In this document: positions 1 to 14,200 of the stretch, piece after piece | Layout of the letters: each line of letters begins with the position of its first letter | Position numbering within the stretch: position 1 is the first letter of the stretch | Source: Chrysomallon squamiferum | Taxonomy: Eukaryota > Animalia > Mollusca | Length of the DNA: 64,000 bases | Reading direction: 5' to 3' | NCBI GenBank assembly: GCA_012295275.1 | Contig: CM022671.1 | Location: 15,314,001-15,378,000, forward strand | Notes under the pieces: model-generated | Told to the model about the DNA's origin: nothing | Databases searched by the model: none | The model's input: the letters and a program-made list of their open reading frames with translations, nothing else | Position numbers and translations under genes: made by a program

Positions 1-477
1 TTCCACATTTCATGAAGATTAAAAACACTCCTTTGGGAGACATCCCTTTCTCTGGTTTATTAACAAACCATTTGTTTTTAAACAGATGCATTAATCTGAA
101 TAATCCTTGTTCACAAAATAAACATCATAAAAGAAACTTAACATTTTCAATTTCGTATGCAACAGTTCCTGAGAACTCTAAGCAGAGAAAGTAATTGAGT
201 AATAAAGTTAAACATAAAAACATTATACAAATGTATATTTTTGTATGTGTGTTTATGTATTTTTGTATGCATGCACGCACACACACACGCACAAACACAC
301 ACTCACACACACACACACACAGCCTTAATACATGTTACTGATTTAATTTCTTGGTTTTCTTTATATATTATTTATTTTTTATGTCTATAATTTATGTGTA
401 TCTACATATGTTACTATGTATTATGTATGTGTTTTTTGTGTATACATGCACACATACACTCAAACACATATGTACAC

Positions 478-873
478 CGGTTCTATTCAAAGGAGTGAAA
501 CCTCAGATATAAATTTCAAAGGAGTGACAACCATCCAACTATTCAACAAAGAAGAAAGAAAGAACAAATCCAGAGAGAGGAGAGGCTTGCGAACTGTTGT
601 CAGGAGACACAGAACCGCCCCTTTTAACAAATACCGTAATGGAATTGTGCACAATTTGCATTTCAGTGATGGAGAACCACAATTGTAAACAAGCTTAAAA
701 TATATTAACAATTCAGTGGTTCTAGATTTTTAAATAAAATCTTAATAATTTTAATATTTTTAAAAAAAAATTAAAAAAAGATCTTAGTTATTTTTGTCAC
801 TTCATTGTTATATCACCCTAATAAAATGTCACTCCTTTAATACAATACTTATGTCACTCCTTTGATATAGCCC
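478..873. mobile_element. Degenerate MITE/DNA-transposon remnant with repeated terminal motif
   Basis: Left CAAAGGAGTGAAA (488-500) and CAAAGGAGTGACA (517-529). Right, inverted: TGTCACTCCTTT (827-838) and TGTCACTCCTTTG (852-864). Outer ends are imperfectly complementary. No clear TSD. Confidence 0.6.
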
Positions 874-962
874 ACACACATTTAAATTATTAAATTAAGT
901 ACATTATACTTACTGTATGGGCAGTAATTTCATGCTACGAACACATATGATGTTCCAGTTAG

Positions 963-1070
963 AGTAATATTATACTATACCCCCATAAAATACATCATAA
1001 TATATGTTTCAAAACTAGTAATATTGTATTATACCCCCATAAAATACATCATAATATGTGTTTCAAAACT
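963..1070. repeat. 54-bp tandem duplication (2 copies)
   Basis: 963-1016 and 1017-1070, AGTAATATT..TATACCCCCATAAAATACATCATAATAT.TGTTTCAAAACT, with few mismatches. Confidence 0.9.
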
Positions 1071-1724
1071 ACAAAATGTTACTATTACAAGTAAACTGTT
1101 GAACTTAATGCATCACAATTAAAAAAAATGATCAGGTATTTAGACAAATATTTTATGAATTACTGAAACTTACCTTGACTGAGTAACATGTAACACAATC
1201 TTTCAAAGTAACACAACTAGACAATTCAAACAGTCATAACTAAGTATAACAGGTATTCTGTCATAACAGGCAGTCACAAGAATTAAAGCAGCTACTGTTA
1301 ACAGGACAATTATCTTATTTTTAAAACTAGTACAACAAACACAGATAAAAAAAAAAAAGATAAAAAAGAAAAAAAGGTCTATTAATAATAATGCAGAGTC
1401 AGTTTATGAAGTTAAATTTAAAAAAAATAAAAAAAAATATATCTATATTTTTAGGGTTTGTTTCACACATACCTCTGGTCTAATAAAAGAATGCTGCCTC
1501 AAGTTCATGTAAATGCATGGTTTGAAGATGAAAAGACAGACATGACAAGGCGTTTTTTTTCACCTTATTTTTATTTTTAGATAAGGCATTGTCGTCATCA
1601 GTGGCCGGTTTTAAGTTTCATGAACTATCATTAGTCTTAACACAAAAAGAGGTCAAGAAAATTCATTTCAAGGTCACAGAAGCCAAATAAAACTTGAAAC
1701 CAATACATACCAAAGAAAAAACTT

Positions 1725-1759
<35 letters not shown>

Positions 1760-3648
1760 AAAACTGATACTACTTTTGTCTTTTATGAAACACTATTTAC
1801 AGCTGAAAGGTTATAAATATATGTGGTATTGTGTAAAATTGCTTAAAATATATTTATCAGTTTTATGAATAATAAATTACTACAATGTATATATTCATAC
1901 AGCTTTTAGAATAATGTTGAAAGAATGAGTAAACAGAAAATGGTTAATTCCATGAAAATGTTATACATTTTTTCAATTATAAAAAACTATAAAAAAGATT
2001 TGTTACTCACACATTTAGAATTTCTCAATTAGTTACATTTACATGTGGTGATAATGTATTTAATAATAGGGGGTCACAAGATCACCATAATTAACAACAA
2101 TTATAATCTATACTTCTTATGCATTAAATACAAATCTCTCTCAGTTTAATGAAACAACTTGAATTTAAAAATTGAAATTTGAACAAATATTTACATTAAT
2201 AACATTAAGAACTGAATAATCATTAACATTTATTTAAATCAGTTTAACTGGACTGAACAATAAAAGGCAGTGGACAGAGAAAGGAGAAATGGACTCCATT
2301 TGAATATTTATATGGAAAAGAAACCAATCCATAAACTTACTAGGCTTACTAAGTTACAGTACATTTTTAAATATTTATACAGATAACATCTGAATTATGT
2401 TTTCACTATTTATACCAGCCCTCATTTTTCTGAATAAATGGTTTTACACATTTACCTTTAATTACAGTTCAGTTTATCTCCTGCTGAATATCTTGCCTCT
2501 AAATTGGTATTTTCACTCCACACAAACATGTCAGATTAACAAACGAGCCGAGAATTTCAACCACACTACATTTCTGCTACCTATCCACTGTCCAGAAAGC
2601 TCATCAAGGCTATTTTTAAGACGTGCTTAAAAGAATTAACTCTGTAACAAAACAGCATTACCTATTTTAAACTCCCCTCACCTCACTCTGAAATGCACAA
2701 GACAAAGTAACTTGCAACTTTTTCTTATTCAGGTATGTATGCCATGCAGCTTTGTAAACCAGATGTGTTTCTCAGCACCTGACTAAGAGGAATCTCTCCA
2801 GAACCAAGGGCTCCACATGGTTTACTCTCCAGGGGAAAAAAAAAGAAAAAGGTAATATATATACACCATTTTAATGATCTCTTCCATTAATCTCTGTAGA
2901 ATTTCGTATGTAAATAAAATCTTTACTTTGCTATATCCCATGCCATTAATATATATGTGCCTTCCCAACCACCCTCTCATTCCTCCCCCCCAAAAAAAAG
3001 CCAATACAGAGACAATAAATAAATAAAATAAAAATAAAATAAATTGAAGTAATTTGAAAATAAATAAATAAAAGTAAAATAAAATCACTGAAAATAAAGT
3101 ACAAAAAACAAAAACAAAAAAAACCTGAAAGGTTTATAAAACTTTAATGGTTGCAATCAGTTTTCTATTACAAAATACTCACGATACTGCCTAATTGTTA
3201 AAACATTTGAACAAACAGGATACCGTTTTAACCCTATTTTCCTAAATTTCTGAATTAAATTAATTTATCATAATTTTCACTGGGAAAAAAAAGAATAACC
3301 ATTTTATTAAATTAAATAAATAGTAAAAATATTTGAAAACAAAAAATAAAAATAAAAAAATAAGAAGAGAAGGAATCACTGGTTGCCTAGCAAACTAATT
3401 ATAGAATAGCCATAAATAACAATTATTAAAATACTGATGCTTCAGTTAAGATAGCAACAGTCTGTATACAGATGTTTCCAGTTAAAACAGTTCCTTGACA
3501 GCCTCAGTATTAGTGGTGCCATGGAAACCAGTGTAGGGATTTCCTACTGCAGAGCTATCTAAGCACAAAACTACATTACTGAGTGTGTAACACTATAGTC
3601 TATTCAGCTTTTTGAAATGACTTCAGGTAATAATCATTTAACAGAAGC

Positions 3649-3779
3649 ACTACTAGTACCACAGAATATCAACAGGGATTGTTATGTTCACTCTTGGGGT
3701 AGGTGACGAAAACCAGGAAATTAAATCAGTCACATGCATTAAGGCTTTATCTATATGCATTTATATATACATACACAGA

Positions 3780-3853
<74 letters not shown>

Positions 3854-4061
3854 AACATACCTAGAAACATATACACATATACAAACACAATACATAATGT
3901 GCGTATGTGTGTATTTGGGGGTATTATTATTATATTTTAAGCCTTCCAGATTATACTAAATCCATTATCAATTTTTTTTTTTTAATATTATTTTTCAGTA
4001 TATTCAGTATACCCAAGTGTGAACATAACAATCCCTATTGATATTCTGTGGTACTAGTAGT
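3649..4061. mobile_element. MITE-like element with ~50-bp terminal inverted repeats and internal (CA)n
   Basis: ACTACTAGTACCACAGAATATCAACAGGGATTGTTATGTTCACTCTTGGG (from 3649) is nearly perfectly reverse-complemented at ~4011-4061. Confidence 0.65.
3781..3843. repeat. (CA)n microsatellite
   Basis: Direct reading. Confidence 0.97.
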
Positions 4062-4474
4062 ATGTATATATGTATGTATGTATGTATGTATGTACATATT
4101 TTTGTGTGCATGTAAAATAAAGTATTTGTTAATAGTTTATTTATAGCTTTTCATATTTTTGTATTTATGATTTTTTTTTTTTTTTTTTTCAGGCACCTGT
4201 GCACATGCGTACACACATATACAACCAGACTTGTATACAAATAACATGTTAAAATAACAGTGAAAAACCCCAGTTTTATTTATCTTCAGATTTGTATGTC
4301 ATATAAAAGACATGCAATTGTTAAAATTTATTACCATCCTGAACACAAATGCTCTCTCTGAATATACTGAAAAATAATCTTTAAAAAATAAAAAAATTCA
4401 TAATGGATTTAGTATAATCTGGAAGGCTTAAAATATTGTAATAATACCCCCAAATACACACATACGCACATTAT
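3894..4474. repeat. ~115-bp inverted repeat pair (3894-4007 and 4358-4474)
   Basis: ATAATGTGCGTATGTGTGTATTTGGGGG...GCCTTCCAGATTATACTAAATCCATTAT...TTTTTCAGTATATTCAG and its reverse complement. Confidence 0.9.
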
Positions 4475-5016
4475 TAAACAAACTGAAAGTTTCATAATGT
4501 GTATGTTAAAACATGATTAAAAATGTTCCATGCAAAAGGGGTTTCTATATAATTTTATTTATAAAAAAATTTGAATATCTAAAATCTATTTAAAACTTTA
4601 TCAGTTATGAAAAGAACAAAACATTAACAGGTCCCAGAGAAAAAAAGATTGGTTTAGGTTAAAGAAGCATGGTGCATTATGTAAAAGTGGATAAAAAGTG
4701 AATACAAGCTGCACTTAAAAACAAATGAGAATGGAAAGCGTGGGTTGTAGGACAGCTTGTTGTTATGTCGGTATAAAAAAAGCTAATGTATTAGTACAAA
4801 CACAGAATTAAAGAGGGTTCTTGAAGCTAAGTATTAATGAGCAATGAAAAAATACAGATCTGTACTTAGTGAATGTAACTTAGAAGTCTGAATATCTGCA
4901 AGGGTTTTTACATATTAAATGGTATGGGAAAGATATAGTGCAATTCCTCAAAACAATCTTTATCTTTATATCAAAAAAAAAGGAAAAAAGATTAAAAAAA
5001 TTAATAATAATAATAA

Positions 5017-5048
<32 letters not shown>

Positions 5049-8018
5049 AGTAATAATATTATCTGGGTTTTTTTATTTTTTTTATTTTTTTATTCATTTT
5101 TCATTTATCATGCAATCAGAATGGCCACTAAAACCAGTTTGCTTCATAAAATTAGTATTAACAAATCAAATGTCTTGAGGTAACCCAAAATATATCTAGT
5201 TACATTTGGAATCCATTTTAAAGAGCACTCTTAACATACAGTGAAACTTACTGAAGCAGAATAACTCAGGGATCTGATTTATGTTCAGATGTTACAAGAG
5301 GTTTAGAGAGTTACATCACAGACTACAGTTGTTTCCCTTGATTTGTAAACTGTAACCAAAAATAACTAGGTTGATTTGCACATTTACTTTCACAGATAAT
5401 TAACAAATACATTTTTATGCTGAAACTGTCACGTTTATTTTCTTTTTTAACAGATCAAAATGACAAACTTCTTTAACTGACCCTGAAAATATTTACAATT
5501 GTGAATGTTCATGACTGAATGTTTCTAAAATCAATGTTAATAAAAAACAACAACATTCTATTCCAAAAAAAATTAAAAATACATATATATATAAATTTAT
5601 TATTTATGAACCATTGTGGTTAGCTAAACATCTGCATATATCTTTTATTTCTAATTTTAAATTATCATTAATTATTTTTATTTCTTTTAAACTGAAGTTA
5701 ATATCAAAATAAAAATGGTGATCTGCAACACCTGTTACATATTAAATTGTTATTTTGCTGCAAGTTGTGTTTTTCTTAAGTGCACTTCTATTAGTTTATA
5801 CTAAATGCACTTGTATTTTTTATATAGTAGTGAAGGGTTTTACATTTCTTGCAAAATGTCAGTTCAGTTTCATGTAACTCTTGATTTTGTTTTATAAGTT
5901 GTTTTGTTATTATTATTTTTATTAATATCATTTTTTTTTTTTTTTTTTAGGTCTTCTTTTTTTAATGTTGTAAATAGAACCACTTGGAGTTTATAATCTT
6001 GTCAATTGTGATGGAATTCACTTCATTCAAGATCTAGCTTTGAGTGTTTACCACACACGCGGATATAAATTCAAACAAAAACAACCAGAAGGCAATTAAT
6101 GTAGTGCCCTATTATGATAAATTAAAGTATCTGACATTTTCTGTCATATAGTTTAATGTCTTATTTTGCCTATTTTTATTGCTGTATACCTAAAGAACAA
6201 AACATGTAACAAATGTCCTTAAGCCTGCCAATGATATAAATCACATTCAGTGAAAAATGTCATTAACTTCCTTATCCCATGACAAGATATATTATACTTA
6301 AGTACTGAATAGAAACAAGTTATTTGTTGGATAACAAAGTACAAGATGCAATTATTTGGTACATGAATATAGATACGTAGTATTCTCAGAAAAACAAGAA
6401 ACGCCATAATGCACAATTTACTGATATATAATCAGAATACATCAACATATTGCCATGCAATAACCACAATGAATTTTTCTGTATGGTTTGTGCTGCATGC
6501 AACTAATTATGCATATAAACAGAAAACAAAAATATTACTTAATCCAGTAGTGGTGTCAACTGCGAATAATAACATCAATTTCATGTTCATAAAATACTTG
6601 ACAGAACTGACTTCTATTTCAAAGAATTTCAAATTAATGACTAAGTTATCTTTATAGTTTTACAAGAAATGAACTTGATAACATTTGATATTTATGTCAG
6701 GATGAACCTAGACACCCCATTACTTAACATTCATACTGAGTATAAAAATAATTTTTAGTGTTTCTTTTTATTATACACATAATTATCTTTCCTCAAATGT
6801 AAACTTGAATTTACTTATTTCACTGAATTATTTTTTCAGTACAGACATGGAGGAAACTAATAGGCAGTATGGTGAATTGTAATTAATAACCATAGTCTTT
6901 ATTCTGGTATAACAGATGTTTAAGTGGCAACACTGCTATATAAAATAAAGAAGAAAAATAAAACGAAAAGAAATACAATATGTTTCCATTATTTTCTATC
7001 ATTAAGTTAAAGCATATCCAAAGTTTTATATCATATCTTTGTGATAATAAAGGGGCAAAATCAAATATCTGATATTACAGCAGTGACAGTAACATTTAAT
7101 TTATTTTACATGTCTTCTAAAATAGCACAAAACACTCCTCTATTATTTCAGCTATTATAAGACAACCTCGTCACCATTTACGTAAATAACTGGTCATGCA
7201 TACCATTGACGTCATAATGTAGGTCACATAGTAATACCACAAGTGTAGTTTGGCCACTTAAGATATATTGGGTTGTCACATTGTTTTATGTTGTTGGACC
7301 TTCACATGCAGCTATAGGAGTAATGACAAGCATATACTACCTCCAGTTTTATTTTCTCATTTACTACATGAAAAATCATATTTTAATAGAGATGATATCT
7401 GATGATATTGACAAGCCAGGGGTTCTTTCATTAGAAAAAGAAACCTGATTCTGCAAATGCACGTGTATGTATGCTGATGTATTAATCAGTATATATCAGT
7501 AGCAAGTTTATGTTCCTGTAGGATGAAGTTCCACTCAATGACATACACACATATACACATTATAAAACATTAATAAGGGATTTATTTTATCACTCTTAAA
7601 TAAGGAATGTTGATCAAAATTAAAATTCACTGTACATTAAATCAGGTGATTCTTTCAAAGGGAAATATCATGTGGTTACTAACATCCACAAGGTTTACTT
7701 GTGTTATAGAAATTTTGTCTAACTTAAATGTCAAAGCAGAAGATTATATACCAACTAATAAAATGGTTTCCTGCAATATTCAGTTCTTATGGTTTAATTT
7801 CTTGTTTATTATTTGTGAGTAAGCCATTATTTCTTTCTTTTAACCATCTGTATGTCTTGATATTTATTTTAAAATGTGAACTTGGCTTCCTCAAATGAGA
7901 TATTGCATTGGTCAACTTTGATGACGACACTATAAAGTGACTATTCTTGATTAATTTTTTTCTTCACATTTAGCAGCTCAAAAGAAACATTTCACCAAAA
8001 GCATCTTACTATAAATAT

Positions 8019-8022
<4 letters not shown>

Positions 8023-8060
<38 letters not shown>
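8023..8060. repeat. (GT)n microsatellite
   Basis: Direct reading. Confidence 0.97.
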
Positions 8061-8062
<2 letters not shown>

Positions 8063-8113
8063 ACTGCTTTGTTTTTCTATATTTATTTCAATTTGAAATG
8101 ACTATAATCTTAC

Positions 8114-8264
8114 TTCACAATTATAGAGGCTTCGCTGGCAAACTGGCTATTGCTGAAGTCCTGTCTGTTGTGAGTGCTGATCGTTGGAAAAAATGTTGTT
8201 TATAACATTAGCATAAAGACAGATGCCAAGTAAAATACCTTCTTCATCAACTTCCTTTGATCAC
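8114..8264 (-). other. Candidate non-coding (5'UTR) exon, 151 nt
   Basis: Acceptor aattttgcag|G at 8265/8264 and donor AA|GTAAGA at 8114/8113 bound a relatively GC-rich segment. Stops occur in all three frames. Confidence 0.3.
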
Positions 8265-11200
8265 CTGCAAAATTAAAGATAACATTCATATAGTCAAATT
8301 TGTTTAGTAGCTACTAAACATCTCATTAACCTTGAAGTATCTTAATTCGGTCTTTTGTACACAATTCACAACAGTATTAGGTGTAATAAAGGGTGTTCCA
8401 ACTTTGATACATGTTTATTAATATGGATTTTCTGTCATAAATAGCATCATCCCAACTGGTGCTGTTTTGGGGTATTTACTAATAAATTAATACATGCACA
8501 CTGACCATGTTGTTTTCCCAAGAACTATTTTGGCAACTGTCTTTTCAATGAATTTTTTCTTTTTTTTAAATCTCTAAGGGTAAATGGAAAAGTATTACAG
8601 TCATGACAAGGACAAGCGTTAGTGAAGAAAGAAGTATTTTCTGAAGCATTTATTAGTACAGTTATGAAAGTTTTGAAGATTTCCACATTAGTGAAATGAA
8701 ACTGTCAATATACAATGTAACATACAATGTAACAAGTTTATATATTCTGTTTTCACATATCCTTAATGATATTATTTAATGTTTTTTGTTGTTTATGGTT
8801 CTCAACTAGTTTATTAGATGGTTGTGTGAGTGCAATGCTGTCCGATTTTACTGATTCACATTCAGTTTTCTTTCCACTGTTATATGATTCTTTACTAGTT
8901 TCATTTTATATTTATGTGGACACAGGATAAAGTATCAATCATACTGCAGTGTTTAAAGTTGTTTTTTCACGTTCTTCAAGAAAGTAAGCTTGTACACATA
9001 AAACAAATGAAAAAGATTAACCCAAGATATGTTATATTATTTTTAGCTAAAATTTAGCACCGTTCCTATGCAGAGGTTCAACTTTTAAACAAACTAAATT
9101 TTTCTTTCAAAACAAATCAAAATCAACAAGAGCAAAACAAAACAACAACTAGATAAAATAAAATTGTTGCACTTTTTATGAAAGAAATAAATTGTTTAAA
9201 ATTAATATTCAAGTTTGGACATGCTGATCTTATCCAGATAATTCCCCACATTGAGCTAATGATTAAAAATAATATGAATAAAACCAACTTGTTCTTAAAA
9301 CAAAATTAATTGAACAAATACTTACTCAGTTCACAGGAACAGAGATACTAGTAAGTGCTATACCATGAATATATATATATTTATATATATGCTAACACAC
9401 ATTTGTATAACAACTCATATAGAAAAAGGCAGCATAGCATTCTATTTGTGTATCTCGACAATAAACTATAATCCTGATGTCTATGCATGTATTCAGAATT
9501 ATTGATATCTAAGTATTGTACTTTAAAGACATAAAAAAGAAAAAGTAAACAAAGAAAGTAAAAATAACATTGCATACTCTAAGGGTTACACATGGATGAT
9601 AAAAAAAAAAAACTTTTACTTATGTCCTTAGTCATATAATTTATTGCTTTTTTCTTCTTTTTTTTTTTACAGAAATAATGGAATACTAAAATTATTGCCG
9701 CCTTGATAATTATATCCATTTTTTAACTGCCATGTTTTGAATTAATTTTTTTGTTAATTCGTGATTATATAATTTGATCTTTAAAACCACAATATAATTT
9801 AGATAATTTACAAACACTTTACTTTTTCATTTTTGATTTTATATAATACTCATTGTTCTCATTAATAAAAAATAAAAAATATTAAAAATTGTTTTTATTT
9901 ACATTTTATAACATATATATAAATATTTAGAATTATATTTCTTACAAATAAAAGGGATTATTATTATTATTATTACAATTATTATTAGTTACAACATGAA
10001 TTAATGATGTTCTAACAACAATCCAGCATCAACCCTAAAAAACAAGAACAAAAGCAAAAGAAAACTATAGTTAATTAATACGTTTTACATGCTGATCAAA
10101 TAAGTGGTAAATAATAAAATTGTATATCCATTAATAATTGTCCAAGTATAATTAACCTAGATTGCATGTACATAAATGAATTAAACAATTGTGTCAAAGC
10201 CAAAACAAGCCTGGAAAAATAATTATCACATATTACAACTATGTGTCATGTATTCCAAAATAAGCTTTTACTATGATGGAATAGTAAATAATTAATGAAA
10301 ATCTGCTTGTTTTGAAGAGAAAAGCAAAAAAAAAAAAAAACACAAATATAATGATAATGACAATGATGGTAATAACAACTACGATAATAATAATAACAAT
10401 AACAATGATAATGATAATACATTTTTAACAAGACTGAATCATGAATATGTCAAAACATTTACTAAAAGTAAATGTTTAAGCACAAACATTTATTCAACTC
10501 CGTATTTTTCTAAAAATATATTTAATTCCCTGAATTAGTGTTATCTGTTTATGGCAAAGAAACTTAAAACCTTAAATAAAAATAAGTTTTTTAACTGGGT
10601 CTTTTTAAATGAGTTATTTATTTGTTGTTAATTTTTCTTTCTTTTGTTATTTTGTTTTCTTTTAAAACAAGTAAGATTAAATATTTTTTTGTAACATAAT
10701 TTATGAATAACAATGATTGCCATTTTTTTAAGTGTTTGCTGAAGAAGATCAGTTTTTTTTTACAGGTAAAAATCTAAATTTTCTTTAGAAAGCAAACATA
10801 TCAATATACAAGAGAACCAAAGAAAAAAACTTCCTTGCCAATTCTGCAAATGACATTTAGCAAGCCTGATACTTTTTTGGTTTCCATTTTCTTTTTCTTT
10901 TTGAATTACAATCTTGAGTAACTAAAAAAAAAAAAAAAAATCAACAACAGTACTTACATTGACAATGACAGTGTTTATTGCCCATAAAAAAAAAAAAGTT
11001 GTATTCGTTCTGCATTTACAGTTGTTTTTACAAATCTACTTCATATGCTACCAAAACAAATAAACATCTAAAAGACCAAAGGACTGGTTTATTACTGTTA
11101 CCTAACAAACAATCAATGATTTTGTTTTGCACTGGTATTTATAACTTTGTCTGAATTGGCAACAGGTGTTAACATGTTGAAACAAAATGACCAATGAATT

Positions 11201-14200
11201 ATATTTGAATAGTAACAAACAATAACTACTTGTTCTTTGTGACCACATGTAACTCCAACATCAATAAAAATTAGGCCAACATAATGAATAGTAATTAAAC
11301 AGTACAAATTTTTGTTTTTTACTGAATAGTAATCAATGAGTAATTACATGGCTTAACTTCAGCATAATATCTAATGCATATATTGCCATTTAGTAATGAT
11401 ACTAACAACTGTTCTTTGAAACTAATGGAGAAAATGGAAGTAACTCTTCCTGTAACATAATAAAAAATATATATATATATAAAATAATAAAAAAAAATAA
11501 AAAAAATAAAAAGCTGTGAGTTTTTTGCCTTAAGAAATCATTAAATATTTTAGAGTTGCAACCATATAAAAAATAAAAATAAAGTATCTACATGATCAGA
11601 ATTTTTCCATTTATTAGTTTAGTTTTGTTACAATTGTTATTTGTTTAAACTGGCATATTAAAAACTCAGTCAAACACTAAGTATTTGTCAAAACATACAA
11701 CTTAAAGAAATGCTATAGTTTAAACTAGTCTTTCAAAGCATTCTGCAAGCTGAAATTAAATGCTTAAAAATTTTAAGACTTTCTGTGAAAATTCTGTTTG
11801 CAAAGAAATTGTAAATAATAATTAATACCATGCAATGAATAGAAATATCATCAAGATCATAATGAATATACCATTATTTAATTTAAAAGGTAAACACTCT
11901 CAACAATGAAGTTAAAAACGATTAAATGCCAATTTGAACTATATATTATATATATATATATGTGTGTTAATATAGGTTTTGTTTTTATAATGAAATGTCA
12001 GTAATATTTATTAATACAGTTTTGACTTTATCAAGTACAGCCTTAGGTTAAATTTATTATCGTAAAATACTGAGTAACCATCTGCTCTATGAAATATGAC
12101 AGACAAATGCACATTAATCAACTTTTACAAAAAATAAAAAAAATAATAGAAAAAGAAAAATCTAAAAATCTACCTTAATGGAACCTATTAAAATATGAGT
12201 TATGAGTGGTATCCCTTATATAGATATTCTCTTGCTGTCCTGAACAGGATAAAGCCCTATGTCCTACTCTACTGACTGTGTATTTATTATCTTTCTCCGG
12301 CAAGCTAACACCGAATGGAGTAGGCAAGCATTTTTTGTTTCCTCAAGTAAACAAAAATGATAAACATTCTGATAGTCTACTTCAACATACAGTAACATGT
12401 AACAGAAATAAAAGATTTATGATCAATAAAAAATATACCATTAACTATATAAATACAGAAGTAATAGTGATAACACAAAGAAGAAAAAAGTTAATGTTAG
12501 AGTGTCACAGAAGAAGTAATTAATCACAAAGTGATACATTGAAACACTGAACCTTTGTCCTTTTTTAAAACAGATATTGGGTGAAAACCTCAATTTGAAA
12601 TTCAATATTTTACAAAGAAATATTATCTGATACTTTTTTGTTACTGCTAAATTTGTACAGAAATTTATAATTTAAAACAATGATTTAATTATATTTACTC
12701 CAATTATTACTTACAGAGTACTGAAATTACCAGATTCAGCAAAATTTAGTGGGACCTGAACATTCATGTGAGTTTACAATAGTCAGACTGTTCATAATAG
12801 ATGAAATAAAGCCATCACAAAAAGAAATGTAATAATAGCATAAATACACTGTCTATACTGTCACACTGTTTCATTTGCATCTAATAAAACAAAACACCAA
12901 AATAATAAAGCCTCATTAGAAGTTACTTGCACCCTTTTCCTGAGATGTCTAGTAATTTTACCACTGATCTTTGATTTGCTGGTTATTTGTATTAAATTAT
13001 TTATATCAATTTTAAATTTATGGTGCAGCATTTTGCCTGTTACATTTCAAGATAAAAAAGTTGATGACATTACTTTTATTTTTGTGAAGCTGTAACCAAT
13101 CGCTAATTTTCTTATTCATAATTACAATACCATACCTACTGCTACATTTCTTGCAACTTTCTTCATTACAATTTCATGTGCTTAAACAGGGATATCTTGC
13201 AGAAAAGATATTATAAATATTTAAGGCTTTGTTTTTAAGGCAGTGATCAGCCGATACCAAGTTCAGCTGTATGCATGTTTTGTGTTATAACAGTTGGTGA
13301 AGCATTGTCAGTGAGTATATGTTACTGTTAGGTAAGCCAAGTAACTGTCTGTTCAGATCCAGTTTTATAAACACTTGCAGACGATGCTGTTCAGATCTCC
13401 AATTTGAAAGTTTCCACTGAATATCCAGTGCCTAAATTACAAACCCAATGCTTACTAAATATTCTTCACCAAATTACCTTACCAGATATTTGTTAAAACT
13501 AAATGCATATGTCAAATGCATGACCAAACATCAAATGCATTATGAAGTTCTTAGCTGTTTATTGTTGAAGAGTGTTAAGTCAATTGTGACTAGCCATGTA
13601 ATATCATAGAAGTGTTTCTGTGTAGATCTGTCCTTTGTCCTTGTGCTTTTTACCAATTTGTTATAACAAAATATTGATTGTTTGAATTCAGTATGGATTT
13701 TTTTTCTTTTTTCGCTCAATAGATTCATTTTCAACCTTGCAGTAACTTTTACAGCTTGACAAATATATATAAACTAGTTAATGCTGTTGGTAAACAGAGA
13801 CAAAGTATACGATTGTATTAATGTAGATAAAATAAAACAACTTACAAAGGTAATAAATAAAGTATATCTATGGTAGTAGTAGTACTAATAAATTCTCTAA
13901 GAGAAGGTATGACAATAAAAATAATATCTTAACAGCCATTTTACCATGTCACAACTGAAGTTGTGAATCTATGGCAAGACTTTGTAACTGCATCATTTTC
14001 TGATATGACAAGAAGAAAAATGAGAAAAAATCGATGATTATAATGAGAATTGAATGTGCCCACCCCATGTATTTTCAAACTGTTTTCTTTTACTGTTAAG
14101 ATTAGAGGACAAAAAAATTAGATAAAAAAATATATCTTAACAACAATAAATATATAAAATGTACCTTGAAAGTAGGCATTTGATTTATATCTTTTACTCC

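Noticed and set aside
3648-3652. CACTA-superfamily assignment for the 3649-4061 element
   Set aside because: The left end reads CACTA, but the right end is TAGTA rather than TAGTG and no 3-bp TSD is evident.
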